Positions 34,333-46,069 of a stretch of DNA of 64,000 bases are shown in pieces; position 1 is the stretch's first letter, and each line of letters begins with the position of its first letter. The translations under genes and the position numbers were made by a program. The stretch is from the NCBI GenBank assembly GCA_025594325.1, contig JANHCV010000001.1:3038001-3102000 (forward strand), in the 5' to 3' direction. This DNA is from Blastocladiella emersonii ATCC 22665 (Eukaryota; Fungi; Blastocladiomycota). Under the pieces are notes generated by a model that searched no databases, was not told the DNA's origin, and saw only the letters and a list, made by a program, of their open reading frames with translations.

Positions 34333-34591
34333 CGGGTCGCTCTCACCTCAATACATCACCGAGCTCGCCATATTTGGAGCCGAGCAGCAGGGACTGGCGC
34401 GCGAGGGCCGGAGCGAGGGACGACGCGGCTGCGTGAGCGTCGCGAAGCGCCGTGGCGCGCGCCACACCCGTCACTTTTCTGTTCTTCCAGCTGTTTTTCA
34501 GCCTGAGCGCCGCCCACCTCGACCCGCGCGACCGCCGCGCGCCCCTTCTCTCCCCGCAGTTGCTGCTCTGTATCACTACACCACCACCACC

Positions 34592-35759
34592 ATGGACTCT
34601 TTCTTCCTCAAGCTGAACGGCCTCGCGTCGCAGGTCACGCCGCTCGCCAAGACGGTCGAGCGCGGCTTTGGCCAGGCGCGCCAGGTGCGTCTGCCCGCCC
34701 GCGCGTCGCCGCCGCCGTGATCGCTGACACCGCACTCCCCGACCGAACGACAGTTTGCCCAGGAGAAGATGGGCACGGCCGAGGACCTGACCGAGCTGCC
34801 CGTCGAGTACCTCGAGCTGGAGCGCAAGGTCGACTCGATCCAGTCGCTGCTGACCGCGCTGCTCAAGTCGCACGCCGGCTCGTCGTTTGTCCCCGCCGCC
34901 GTCTCCGACACGGTCTCGGACCTCACCAACACCATCCGCGCCACCGCCGTCCCCGTCCTCGCCCAGGCCCCGCTCGTCGGCGGCGCCGTGTCGTCGGTCG
35001 CCGCCCCCGGCCCCGCCGCCCCCGCTACCTCGGCCCACGCCGTCGCCCGTGCGTGCCAGGCCCCGAGCGACGCCCTCGGCCAGGAGCCCCTTGGTGCTGC
35101 CGTCCGCAAGCTCGGCGCGTCCGAGGAGAAGCTCGGTGATGCCGAGGTCGCCCTGGTACGTTTGCACTGACCGCTCAACGGATCGGTTCGTTCGTTGACG
35201 CCCAACTCGCCTCGCCCACCTTCCGTAGAAGGAGACCACTTCGGTCAAGTTTGTCCAGCCCATCTCGGCCATTGTCAACGACCGCCTCGCCAACGTCTCG
35301 GTACGCTGTTCTGGTCCGAGACCTCGTACATGTCCTGCGTACTCACCCTCGTACCCCTCGCACCCAGCGCGCCCGCCGCACCGTGACCAACACGCGCCTG
35401 CAGCTCGACAGCGTCAAGTCGCGCTTCAAGTCGGCGTCGCCGCAGCGCGCCGAGGCCCTGCAGGTCGAGCTCGAGAAGGCCGAGGACGTGTTCGTCGACG
35501 CCGTCGAGGAGGCCACCAAGCTCATGAAGGCCGTCGTCGACAGCCCCGCCGTCCTCCGCCACACCTCGGACCTCGTCGCTGCCCAGCTCGCCTACCATAA
35601 GCAGTGCGTCCAGATCCTGAGCGACCTCGGTACGCCGCTCTACCCTTGGTCCCGTGGGACGCGTTGCTGACTTTCCCGCAACGTCCGCGTGTAGCTCCCG
35701 AGGTCGACGAGCTCCAGATGACCCAGGAGGCCCTCTACAGCACGTCGCAGATGTCCTAA
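34592..35759 (+). CDS. GVP36: BAR-domain protein, Gvp36-like
   Basis: Multi-exon; FAQEKMGTAEDLTELPVEYLELERKVD, RLQLDSVKSR, LEKAEDVFVDAVEEATKLMKAV, LVAAQLAYHK. Confidence 0.8.
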
Positions 35760-35959
35760 GCACGAGACGCGCGCCGCTTCGCGTCGTATAGCACCATGGT
35801 CGCGGCTGCTCGTGGCCACCATCGTTTGTCCTTCGTTTGTCTCCATGTCATCTCATCGTCAGCATCTGATACATCACGTCGTTACCCTTTCGCTCTCCCC
35901 CAAACCCGCGCTCTTCGCAAGCGACCCATGTAACTTGATGCAACACGACCACCGCAGCC

Positions 35960-37214
35960 ATGCTCGTCTTCTTCCTCGTTGACGCAGTCGCCTTCCTCGT
36001 GCGCTGCGTGCTGCCCATGGCCGTGCACGCCGCGTTCCTGCCCATCGCCTTCAGCGTGTCGCGCGATGCGGGTCTTGACGCCGTGATCTTATGGATGGTC
36101 TACTACTCGCTCGAGGCTGTCGCCGAGCTCACGCTGCCGTCGATCCTGGTACGCTGTCGCGTTCGGTGCTGAGCGTCTCAGAGCTGACGCACGCGCGGCG
36201 GGTCCAGGTCTCGCTCGTCTCGGCCTTTGCGCCCCTCGTCGCCCTCGCCCCCGTCGTCCGCGCCGTCCTGTCCGCGACCTCCGCGGGCCCCGCGGCGACC
36301 GTGCTCACGGGCGTCCCGGTCCTCGGCAGCCCCGTGGTCCGGTCGCTCTTCACGACGTCCCTGCTCCTCTCCCCGCCGCTGCTCGCCGTTGCCGAAGCTG
36401 TCGCGACCGTGATCGTGATCAAGCAGATCGGCGCGATCCTCAAGCACGAGCTGATTGACGACGGCGCCGGGTCGACGCGCACCGCCGTCATGCTCGCGCT
36501 GCTCGGCGGGTACCTCGCGGCGGTCGCGCAGCTCGTGCGGCTCGCGTGGACCGGCGAGGTCGCGCTCATGACGGTCGTCGTGGCGGCAGGCGCGGCGCAC
36601 GCGGTCGTGCTCCTGATCCCCGCCGTCGCGGAGCCCGGCGAGAACGATGTACCCGCGGCCGAGGGGCTGCTGCTCGTCGTGTACACGGCGTTCGTGCTCA
36701 CCGTGACGCAGAGCGCGGTCGTGGGACCGGGGCCGGCGGGCTCGGCATTTGGGTTCGCCGAGTCGTCGTCGAGGTACGCGCGCGACGTGATGCTGTGTCG
36801 CCTCGGAGCACTGACCCGCCGCTCGCGTGTAGCATCCGCGCCCTGCTGGCGTACCTGACGGCGGCGCCGACCCTGACCCTCGGCGACGTGCTCTCCGGCA
36901 CCGCCGCGTACCTCACCGGCCTGGTGACGCTGTTCCCATGGCCGCTGCTGGCGCGGCTCGCGTACCGGACCGCCGTGATCATGGCGTCGGTGGCCGCGGT
37001 GCGCGGGCTGCCGTCGGACAAGGACGAGGCGCGGGCGTCGGCGGCGGCGTTTGCGTTCGCGAAACCGCTGCTGCTTGTCTACTACACGCGGGTGCTGGTC
37101 GAGACCCACGGCCACGCGCCGGCGTGGGCGAGCACCGACGGGCTCGCGGGCGTGCTGTGGACGGTGCCTGTCGCGATCGGGGTGTATGTCCTCATCTTGT
37201 TTGCGCGCAGGTGA
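35960..37214 (+). CDS. ICE2-like multi-pass ER membrane protein
   Basis: Multi-exon hydrophobic protein; FLPIAFSVSRDAGL and LLLSPPLLAVAEAVATVIVIKQIG resemble the Ice2 motifs IPISFDVGGRD.GL and TPIFTLLEGF.SLLVIQA.G. Confidence 0.55.
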
Positions 37215-37308
37215 TGGAGGACGAGGAACTAGCGGCGAGTAGTATATACCATTCTACGAATCACAACACGACACTGTACGGCCGCGGCGACCAGGACGGA
37301 CGGCCGCC

Positions 37309-38018
37309 TTAGCTGAACATGCGGAACCCGGTCTTGGACTTGGACTTGGCCGAGGCCTGGCTCTGGAGCGCAAACGCCGGGGCCGCCGCCGACGACGAGT
37401 CGCTGGTGCCCGTGCGCTTCTTCTTGGTCTTGTCGTTGCTGGTGCCCTTGCCCTGGTACCGGCGCTCAAAGTCGTCGACCATGCGCGTGAACGACGTGTC
37501 GCCGATGCCGCCGCGGCGGCGGAGCCGGATCAGGCACGCGCAGAAGCCCATGACGATGAAGGCGAGCACGATCCCGCCCGCGATGGCGAGGATCGACGTC
37601 GTCCGCGCGCCAATCGAGCCTACACACACGCGTGAACGCGGCGTCAGTCCGTCTCGAACCTCACGTATGTGTCGAGGCAGCAGCTGCAGCGTGTACACTG
37701 CATCCAGTAATAGCTGTCGATCTGGCCGTAGCACGTGTCGGACCCGGCACCGGGCGCCCAGTAGTTGAAGGCGTTGATACACTGTCCGCCCTTGTAATCG
37801 CACCACCCGCAGTCGCTCGACGCGACGCACGCCCCGCACGACTTGAGCGCGGTGCAGTTGGCGGCCTTGGTGCCCGGCGTCTGGCTCGCGGCGGGCGGCG
37901 GGATCGTCGCGGTCGGCGCCGGTCCCGGGTCGACCGTCACGGCCTGCGCGAGCGCCGACGTCACGACGACGGCCAGCGCGAGGAAGATGGCGAGCAGGGT
38001 GTGTTTCGGAAGTTTCAT
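37309..38018 (-). CDS. Single-pass membrane protein with signal peptide and PSI-like Cys-rich domain (PTTG1IP-like)
   Basis: Exons 38018-37697 and 37619-37309; signal peptide, CTALKSCGACVASSDCGWC...C...C...YYWMQC, TM helix ILAIAGGIVLAFIVMGFCACLI, basic tail. Confidence 0.75.
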
Positions 38019-38227
38019 GGTTGCTGTTGATTTCTATGGGGAGAGCGAGAGAGGGTGTTGATGGCGAGGGAGCGAAATTGTCTCGCGCGCGCGGCTGCGG
38101 TGCGAGACACGCGCGCCACCTCCTCGGCTCGCCTCACCTGACCGCGCGTCGTTCATTCTTTCAAAGCTGGTCAAAACTGTAAATTTTACACACACACAAG
38201 CAAAACTTCTCGCTCACTCTCTCTACT

Positions 38228-41200
38228 CTACACAGCCGCCGCCGGCCCGCCACCGCCCCGCTGCGCGACGAGGACCGCAATGACCTCGGCCTCAACGACG
38301 TGGTCGAGCAGGGCGACGCGATCATCACGGAGCTCGGCGACAAGGCGCTCCGTGACGCGGTCGACGAGGCATCGCAGCGCCGCCGCGGCCTCCGAATGTT
38401 CAGCGGGCGCGCCGTGCAGGTCGGCGAGGACGGGCGCGGCGGGGGTCCGCGCGAGCTCGCGCGCGAGCGCCTGCGCGGCGCGCGTGCGGAACGCCGACGT
38501 GCGCATCCCGAGCACCTTCTCGGGAGACTCGTCGTCGTCGTCGTCCGACTCGGAGATGGCCGCGAGCGTGCGCGACGAGAACGACGGGCTGCTTCCGAAA
38601 TGCGTCGACGCGAGTGGGCTGCTCGACATACCACCGCCCATGTACGTCGGCGAGAGCAGGCCGCCGTCCGTCGGGTACTGGAACGCCGAGTGGCCCGTCG
38701 TCGCGTTGGGCGTCGCGGGGCTCCCGATTAGTGAGACCGGGGACACGGGTGAGTGCTGCCCGCTGCTGCCCGCCGAGTGGACCGACGACGACCCGCTGCC
38801 GGTGCCGCTCCGGCCCGACGTCGAGACGCGGAGGTTGTGCGAGCGCGCGAGCGTCGACGGCGGGCGCATCATGGCGTCGTGGTGGTCGGCCGCCCACGCC
38901 GCGGGCATCGGGCTCGCGGGCGGGGTCGCGTCGTGGAGGGCGCGGCGCGCGACGAGCGGCGTCGACCCGGGCGTCATGGACATGGACGGGCGGCGGGTAT
39001 CGATGTTGGACCCGTTGGCGGACATGGATGTGCGCGAGAGCCCCTGGCTGCCCGTGAGGTGCATGAACCGGTGGTGCCAGGCGGACGGGGACGCGGGCGG
39101 GACGCCGTGGGCGTCGGCCTCGGCCTCGATGACGGGGTCGAGGAGCAGGCCCGGGACGCGCGCCGTGCTGCTGCCCTCGGCGGGCCACTGGTCGACCCAC
39201 CGCGTGCGCGTGACCGTGGCGAGCGCCCAGCACGGCGCGAGGAACCACGAGATGGGCAGCCCGATGGTGATGTCGGCGAGGATCGCGGCGATCAGGTCGA
39301 ACCGCTGCGACATGGCGAACAGGATGCACACGAGCGCTGCGGTCGTGCCCCAGATCGCGAGTGAGTACAGGAAGAAACCGCGCACGAGCCCGGCGAGCAG
39401 CGTGCTGAGCACGATCACCAGCGACAGCATCGGCAGGCACAGGCACAGCCCGAGCTCGACGAACGCGAGCACGCGGCCCGTGAAACGGCGCAGCGACGAA
39501 AACTCTTTACACACGGCCGCCGCTGTATGCTTGGCCGCGCCGAACGTGCCCGCGGACGCGTGCACGGACTTGAGCTCCTTGATGACGGCGGGCGTGGGCG
39601 CCCACAGCTGGTCGAGCGTGGCAAACACCTGGCTGAGCCAGCGGCGCGAGAACCACTGGATGACGGGGACGAGCTGGGTCGGGACCGACGTCCAGGCGCG
39701 CGCCCGCGGAATGTACATGATGGAGCGGTGCGGGTGCGCGAGGTACAGCGTGGTGGCCATGTGCGCGTCCTCGCCGAGGAGGAACAGGTTCTGCTCAAAC
39801 GCCGACGCGAGCGCCACCATGCCCATGCGGTGCAGCACCTGCGGGTGCGGGAGCACCAGGTCGCGCTGGTGCGGGAGCACGCGCGTCGGTTTCTCTTTGA
39901 CGTCGTCGACCACGGTACCCGTCATGTCGATATCGACGGTCTGCGATCCGAGGTTCGGCGACCCGTCGGGCCCCACGACCACGGGACCCTGCACGCGGTA
40001 CATGGTGAAAGCCGAGTTGAGCGAGGCGAGGCGCGCAAACGCCTGGTGGTATGCTGGGCGCACGTGCGACGACATGTGCAGGCGGAAGGTGCCCATGAGG
40101 CTCCACGGCGAGTCAAACGCGTTGTCGACGGCGAGCGCGCCGCACGCCGCGGCCACCTCGCGGTGGGTGTTGAGGTAGTCGAGGAGGACCTGCGGGGCGC
40201 GGCGCGAGACATACGTGTCGCCGTCGAGGGTGACCATGAACTCGAAGCGGGCAGGGTCGACATCGGCAGCCTCGAAGGCCTCGTGCAGGGCGACCTCGAG
40301 CGGCGACAGGACCGTCTTGGGGTTGATGCCCGGGTAGGTGAGGACCGAGTGGAGGTACTTGACCATGAGGTGGAGCGAGTCGCGCTTGCCTCGGTTGCCC
40401 GGGATGGCCGAGGACCGCTCCCACGGGTGGCCGATCTTGATGATGACGACGTACGGCACGGCGGTGCCGTCGGCCGCGGTGCAGTAGCCCGAGTAGAGGC
40501 GCGCGAGGTTGCTGCGCTTGCGACCCTGACCGAGGCTGTTGTACGAGAGGGCGAGCGGCGGGTCCTCGCGCATGGGCGCGGCGCGGTACCGCAGGTGCTC
40601 GAGGACCACGCGCCACGTGTCCTTGACCTCGCCGCGCGGCCGCACGTTGCCGTCGCACACGACCACGAGCACCTTGTTGGGGACGAGGCACTGGACCACG
40701 CTCGACAGGGACTTTTGCAGGGTGGCGACGGGCTCGGCAAAGACGGGCACGACGAAGAGCAGGTGCGCGGGCGAGGCGCGCGTGTCGCCGGCGGTGCGCG
40801 TCGAGGCGTGCGAGCGGTCGGCGAGGTAGGCGACGAGGCCCTTGAAGAGCACGACGGCGGCGGCGGCGGCCGAGGCGATGAGGAAGATCCAGTTGCGGGT
40901 GAGGCACTCGCGGCAGAAGGTGCCGCGCATCTTGCCGACGTAGAAGAGCTTGATGAGGCAGCGCTTGTACTTGCGGCGCGTCGCGGGGTCCGGGAAACGG
41001 GCGACAAAGTCGTCGGCGGAGCGAGAGCGCGCGTTGCGGCGGATGAGGTGAAGGGTGATGTTGCGGTCGAGGAACATGGTGTCGCCCTCGCGCGGGACGG
41101 GGAGCAGGTTCTGGTTGCGCAGGGCGGCCGAGTAGTAGGCGGCGGCGTGCTGCAGGTAGCGCGAAACGTCGAAGATGAAGCCGTCGAGGGTGACGAGGCC

Positions 41201-41953
41201 GGCGAGCAGCGAGTGCGGGTTGTTGTTCTGGGAGTGCAGGGCAGCGAACGCGGGCCACTGGCTCTGGCCCTGCGAGCCCGTGGCGGCGTTGTCGCTCTTG
41301 TTGCCCAGGAACTTGTACTCGACGAGCACGTCCCCGACAACGTGCGAGTAGAGCTCCGCGACAGCGCCGGCGTCGAGCAGGCAGGCGGCGGTCATGGGCG
41401 CGGGGCCCACCTTCCCATTGTTTTGGACGCCCGACGAGTCAGGCAAGGCGGGGAGCGAGGGGAGGGCAGCGGTGCGGGCCTGGTCAAAGAGGTAGGGCAT
41501 GGCGTCGGCCAGCTTGCGCGGCTCCGGGCACGCGGTGATGGATCCGTTGGCGCTGAGGGCAAAGTCGGTGCCGTTGGCGCCGGCGAGGTAGAGGCGCAGC
41601 CAGGCGTCGGCGACGAGCGGGTCCGTGACGCACTCGTTCATGTCGGGGTCCGGGTAGTTGAGGCCGTTGGCGAGGTCCGGGTTGCGGGCGAGCCACATGG
41701 CGCGCGGGACGAGCGAGGAGATGTCGCGGCCGGCATACTTTTGGTGGATGTCGCGCAGGTCCGAGTGGGAGGCGGCCGAGAGGTCGGCGACGAAGCCGTT
41801 GAAGGCGACGTAGTTGCGGCGTTGGATGTCGTGCTCCGAGTAGAGGTTGGTGCCGCAGGTGAGCGGGTAGAGGACGAAGAGGAAGAAGAAGAGGACGGCG
41901 CTGGCGGCGAGGGCGATGACGGGCAAGATCAACTTGCGGAAGAAGGCCAGCAT
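38228..41953 (-). CDS. Chitin synthase-like protein (division 2 type: cytochrome-b5-like region plus Chitin_synth_2), catalytic motifs degenerate
   Basis: VTLDGFIFDVSRY, VVPVFAEPVATLQKSL, VVVCDGNV, YNSLGQGRKRSNLARLYSGY, PGNRGKRDS, TLDGDT, LGEDAHM and SRRW; single 1241-aa ORF. Confidence 0.9.
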   Translation of the reverse strand: MLAFFRKLILPVIALAASAVLFFFLFVLYPLTCGTNLYSEHDIQRRNYVAFNGFVADLSAASHSDLRDIHQKYAGRDISSLVPRAMWLARNPDLANGLNYPDPDMNECVTDPLVADAWLRLYLAGANGTDFALSANGSITACPEPRKLADAMPYLFDQARTAALPSLPALPDSSGVQNNGKVGPAPMTAACLLDAGAVAELYSHVVGDVLVEYKFLGNKSDNAATGSQGQSQWPAFAALHSQNNNPHSLLAGLVTLDGFIFDVSRYLQHAAAYYSAALRNQNLLPVPREGDTMFLDRNITLHLIRRNARSRSADDFVARFPDPATRRKYKRCLIKLFYVGKMRGTFCRECLTRNWIFLIASAAAAAVVLFKGLVAYLADRSHASTRTAGDTRASPAHLLFVVPVFAEPVATLQKSLSSVVQCLVPNKVLVVVCDGNVRPRGEVKDTWRVVLEHLRYRAAPMREDPPLALSYNSLGQGRKRSNLARLYSGYCTAADGTAVPYVVIIKIGHPWERSSAIPGNRGKRDSLHLMVKYLHSVLTYPGINPKTVLSPLEVALHEAFEAADVDPARFEFMVTLDGDTYVSRRAPQVLLDYLNTHREVAAACGALAVDNAFDSPWSLMGTFRLHMSSHVRPAYHQAFARLASLNSAFTMYRVQGPVVVGPDGSPNLGSQTVDIDMTGTVVDDVKEKPTRVLPHQRDLVLPHPQVLHRMGMVALASAFEQNLFLLGEDAHMATTLYLAHPHRSIMYIPRARAWTSVPTQLVPVIQWFSRRWLSQVFATLDQLWAPTPAVIKELKSVHASAGTFGAAKHTAAAVCKEFSSLRRFTGRVLAFVELGLCLCLPMLSLVIVLSTLLAGLVRGFFLYSLAIWGTTAALVCILFAMSQRFDLIAAILADITIGLPISWFLAPCWALATVTRTRWVDQWPAEGSSTARVPGLLLDPVIEAEADAHGVPPASPSAWHHRFMHLTGSQGLSRTSMSANGSNIDTRRPSMSMTPGSTPLVARRALHDATPPASPMPAAWAADHHDAMMRPPSTLARSHNLRVSTSGRSGTGSGSSSVHSAGSSGQHSPVSPVSLIGSPATPNATTGHSAFQYPTDGGLLSPTYMGGGMSSSPLASTHFGSSPSFSSRTLAAISESDDDDDESPEKVLGMRTSAFRTRAAQALARELARTPAAPVLADLHGAPAEHSEAAAALRCLVDRVTERLVAELRDDRVALLDHVVEAEVIAVLVAQRGGGGPAAAV

Positions 41954-42662
41954 GGTTGCGGTTGGGGATGGTGGTGGTGGTGGGATCGTCTAGTCGTCTA
42001 TGGTCTACTTGGAGGCCTGCCTGGCACACGGGACGTCAGGTCCGCCGTCGAGGATCACGGGTATGGTGTAAGGCGTACGGGTGCCACGGAGGGTCGGTTG
42101 CTATTCACAGGGTCGGCGGGGTGCGGGAGGGAGGGCGGTGCCAGGAGGCGGGCGGCGCACGGCACCGCGGAGGCAGCTCGGGAGGGCGGGCGGTTGGCTG
42201 GTCGGACGATGCGGGTGGTTGCGAGGCGGCGCGCTCAGCGATCCATGGGCAGCGTTACGTCGTCAGTGACGGGCGGGGAGGGAGGAGCGGAGAGACCGGC
42301 GCGACGAACGAGTGGCGGCGCCCCCAGCGCAGAGCCAGGGGCGCATCAGGTGACGGCACGCACGGCGGCCGGCTCCGTGTTGAAGCGCCGTCGTCGCGTC
42401 GTCGTCTCGTCGCTGCCGGGTGCGCTGCCACCGACCATCGGCCCGTCGCCGTCGCCGTCGCCCCAGACACGCACGCACACACGCACTGCACCCGACCCGA
42501 CCGACTGCACCCGCGCCCGACTGCAGGCCAGGCCGCGCGGCACCGCCGACTCACTCCTTCTCGCCACTCCGCGGGCCGCCGATCGCCCTTCAAGCGCACC
42601 CCGCACGCTCTCTCGACCGGGACCGCGACCACGCTCCACGCCATCGACCGCTGCCCAGCCGC

Positions 42663-45600
42663 ATGAACCACGCCCCAGGCGCGCCCTTCGGTGCCCGCCA
42701 CGGCGCTGCGCCGCCCCAAGGGGCGCCCGGGTCCGCCGCGCCCGACAACGACAACGACGCGCACTCCATGTCCGACGGCGAGATCCGCGAGGAGGACGAC
42801 AACTTTGAGCGGCCCGGCGCCTTCTCGTCTCGGTGCGTGCGCCCTATCGCTCTCGCACGCGTTCGGGGCGAGCGTGCTAACGCCGCTGCGCTCCCGCTGT
42901 AGCTTTGGCGGCCGACATGGGGGCCCGCTGCGTCCCGGCCGACTCGGCCCACTACCGCCAAGCAACGGCCGCCGTGGCCGACGCGAGCGCGAACGCGACC
43001 GTGACCGCGATAGGGACCGGGATCGCGACCGAGACCGCGACCGGATGCGTCGCCCCGGCGGCCCCAAGTCGCTCGGCCCCGGCCCCGGCCCGCCGCCCAG
43101 CTTCCACACGGCCTCGCCCAACTTCCCCGGCCCGTCGCACCATCCCGATCCGCTCCTGTCGCCCGGCGCCGTGCCCGACTTCCGCGATCGCCCCGACTGG
43201 GACCGCGACCGCGGCGGGCGTGACCGCGACCGGGGGATGGGGCCCGCGCCCGGCTCGCAGACGTCGTACCGTGACCACCGCGACCGCCTCGACCAGCGCA
43301 TCGGCGGGCCCAGCATCTTCCCGCCCGGTCCCGCCGCCGTGGGCACCATCCCGCTCGGGCCCAGCGTCTTTGACAACTTTGTCGACCCGCGCGGCGAGCG
43401 GCCCGGCCGCGACCGCCCCTCGCGCCGCCGAGACTCGCGCGGCGCGCCCGACGCTCCGCCCGGCCGTCGCACCAACCACGCCGGTCCCGCGGGCTCTACC
43501 GCCGCCAAGTCCTCACTGTACGACGTCATGACCCTTCCTCCTGCCCCGCACGCGTCCTCGGCGACAGCATCTTCCGCCGCGGCCTCGGCGCTCTTTGCGC
43601 GCGTCGGCGGCCCGCCCGCACCCGGCCAGCCGCTCTCCGCGCCACCACCGTCCGCCATGGCCGACTCGTACGTACCCGGTCCGCGCAACGGCCGTGACTG
43701 GGACGGCGACCGCGATCGACCTCGCGACTCGGACCGCCGGAGAGACCGCGACCGTGACCGCCGGCGTGACGCTCCCCCGCAAGATCGCGAGCGGGAACGG
43801 GAACGCGAGCGCGGCGAGATCCTCACCTCGCCCGACAGCATATCCGTCGACACCGACCTGCCGCGACCGTCTCCACCGCCGCTGCGTCGGCAACAACAAC
43901 CCCATCCCGATCGCCCACTTGACCAGCCCCAGCGGCCTCGGAGGCCCGAGCCCGCCGATGCACCCGCGCCGCCGCTACCCTTGGCCAGCACGATGCCGCC
44001 CGCCGTCAACGGTGTCGACCACCGCGACCGCTCCGCGCGCAGCAGCCCGCGCAGCACGGGCACCACCGGTACCCGCTCCCCGCCGCTCCCGCCACGACCC
44101 GCGCGTCCCCTCGTCGACTCGTACGTGCCGGGCCCGCCACCGCCCGCGCCGAGTGGCATGGATCCAGCGGCAGGCCAGCGGCAACCACCGCCTCCACCGC
44201 CACCCGCGCCTCGCGACTTTGCCCTTCGCCGTGGTCGCTCCCGCTCGCGCTCCCTGTCCGCCTCGCGCTCCAGGTCTCGCTCCCGCTCGCGCTCGCTGCG
44301 GTCCCTGTCCCGATCGCGCTCCCAGTCGCTGTCGCGGTCCCGGTCACGCTCTCGGTCGCGCTCGCGCTCCAACTCGCGGTCCCGCTCCTGGTCCCGCTCG
44401 CTGTCGCCACCCGGCGGCCCCGACGGCGGTTTCTCGAGCCGCTACGGCAACGGCCCCTTTGACTCGCGTCTCGGCTCGCCGCCCGGCCACCAGGGCAGTA
44501 TGCGCCGCAGCGGCCGGTCGCGCCGCCGCGGCGGGCGCAAGCACCGCGACTCGCTGATCGGCATGAGCAGCGGCGGGCCCGACGTCTACTACGGCTCGTC
44601 CGGGACCCTTCGGTCCGGGTCGGGCTCGATGCCGCCCGGCCCCGGCGGGAACAACGACTGGGACCGCGGCCGCGACACGGACCGCAGCTACCAGCCGCGC
44701 AACTGGTCGCGGTCGCCCCCGCCGCCGCAGTACAGCGACCGCTACGGCCGGTCCGGTGGCCCCGACGGCATGGATTACCACAACAGCAACGCCATGCACC
44801 AGGGCGGCTCCCACCTACCACCCGGCGGCAGCGGCGGGCGCCGGCGCCGCCGCAACTCGAACCGCATGCGCGGCCGGTCCCGCTCGCCGCCGCACCTCGG
44901 GCTCCCGCTCCGCCCGCCAGTCGCCGGGCCCGGCGCCGGCGTCCCGCACAACGGCAGCAGCTCGCACTCGCACTCGTACCAGCCCAGCCCCGAGGGCGGC
45001 GAGTGGGGCGCACCGCGCGGCGGGCCCGGCGGGCCGCCTCCGAGCGGGTACCAGTCGTACCTTCCCTCGTCGTCGTCGAGCGGGATGCCCCTCCCGCGCC
45101 GCGCGCCAGAGCGCAGCTACCGCCGGTCCCGCAGCCGATCGCTCTCCCGTGGCCGCCGCGGCGGGCCACGCGCGCGGGGCTCGCACTCGCGGTCGCGGTC
45201 TCGTTCCCGCTCCAGGTCGCGTCCGCTGTCCCGGTCGGCCAGCCGGTCCCAGTCCCGCTCGTGCTCGCGATCCATGTCGCGCACCCGGTCGCACTCGCGG
45301 TCGCGGTCTCGCTCACGGTCCCGCTCGCGGTCGCGGTCCATTTCGCCCGGCGGCATGTACCACCAGCACCAGAACCAGCACCCACACCCGCGGCGGCGGT
45401 TCGGCCGGTCGCCCAGTCCAGGAGCGCTCCGGCACGGCAGCGGGCCGCGCGGACCTCGCGGCGCCCGCGACACGCCGCCCGTGCACCACCAGCAGCACCA
45501 GCAGCAGCAGCACCCGTCGTCGTCTTCGTCGCGCCGGCCGCCGCACCCGCACCACCTGCACCCGCACCACGCGCGGCACGACGGGAGCACCACGGCGAGC

Positions 45601-45963
45601 GCGACACCAGCGTCCGTCAATGTGCTCGGGACGCCGCCGCCCGCACCACCGATTGCAGGCGGAGCCGCCGCTGCCGCAGCAGGAACAGGCAACGCTCCCG
45701 CCGCTCCATCGGCGCCGCACCTCGTGACGGCGCGGTGGAGCAGCTGGTGCCACAACGCGGGCGAGGTGGAGCTGGTGCGTGCGCGGGCCGAGTCGCGGGC
45801 CGCGATGCACGCGTGGATGCGTGTGCGCACCGAGGCCGACGCGGCGGCGCGCCGGCTGTTCCCGATGCAGGCCGAGATGGCGCGCGTCACGGCGCTTGGC
45901 GCCCTGTACGCGGCGCTCGGCAGCGCGACGGGCGCGCTCGGGCCGGGGGATGGGCCCGTGTAG
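42663..45963 (+). CDS. Arg/Ser (RS)- and RD/RE-repeat-rich disordered nuclear protein
   Basis: Exon 1 42663-42832, intron 42833-42902, exon 2 to 45963; two RS tracts, RD/RE dipeptide runs, short helical C-terminus. Confidence 0.75.
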
Positions 45964-46069
45964 CGCCGAGGATATGGATGCGAGGAGGATGTTGGTGACG
46001 ACTGAACGAACATGTTATTATACCTAGAAGAAGCAAAATGGAGGGAGGGAGAAGGGTGCTGCGAGGGTT

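Noticed and set aside
39527-42808. 1093-aa plus-strand ORF and similar long ORFs (14945-16918, 29837-32137, 31809-33377, 38280-40178, 42255-44372, 54945-56957, 59446-60810)
   Set aside because: Antisense or alternate-frame shadows of real genes. High GC3 suppresses stops on the opposite strand, and the translations are R/G/V/A-rich with no motifs.
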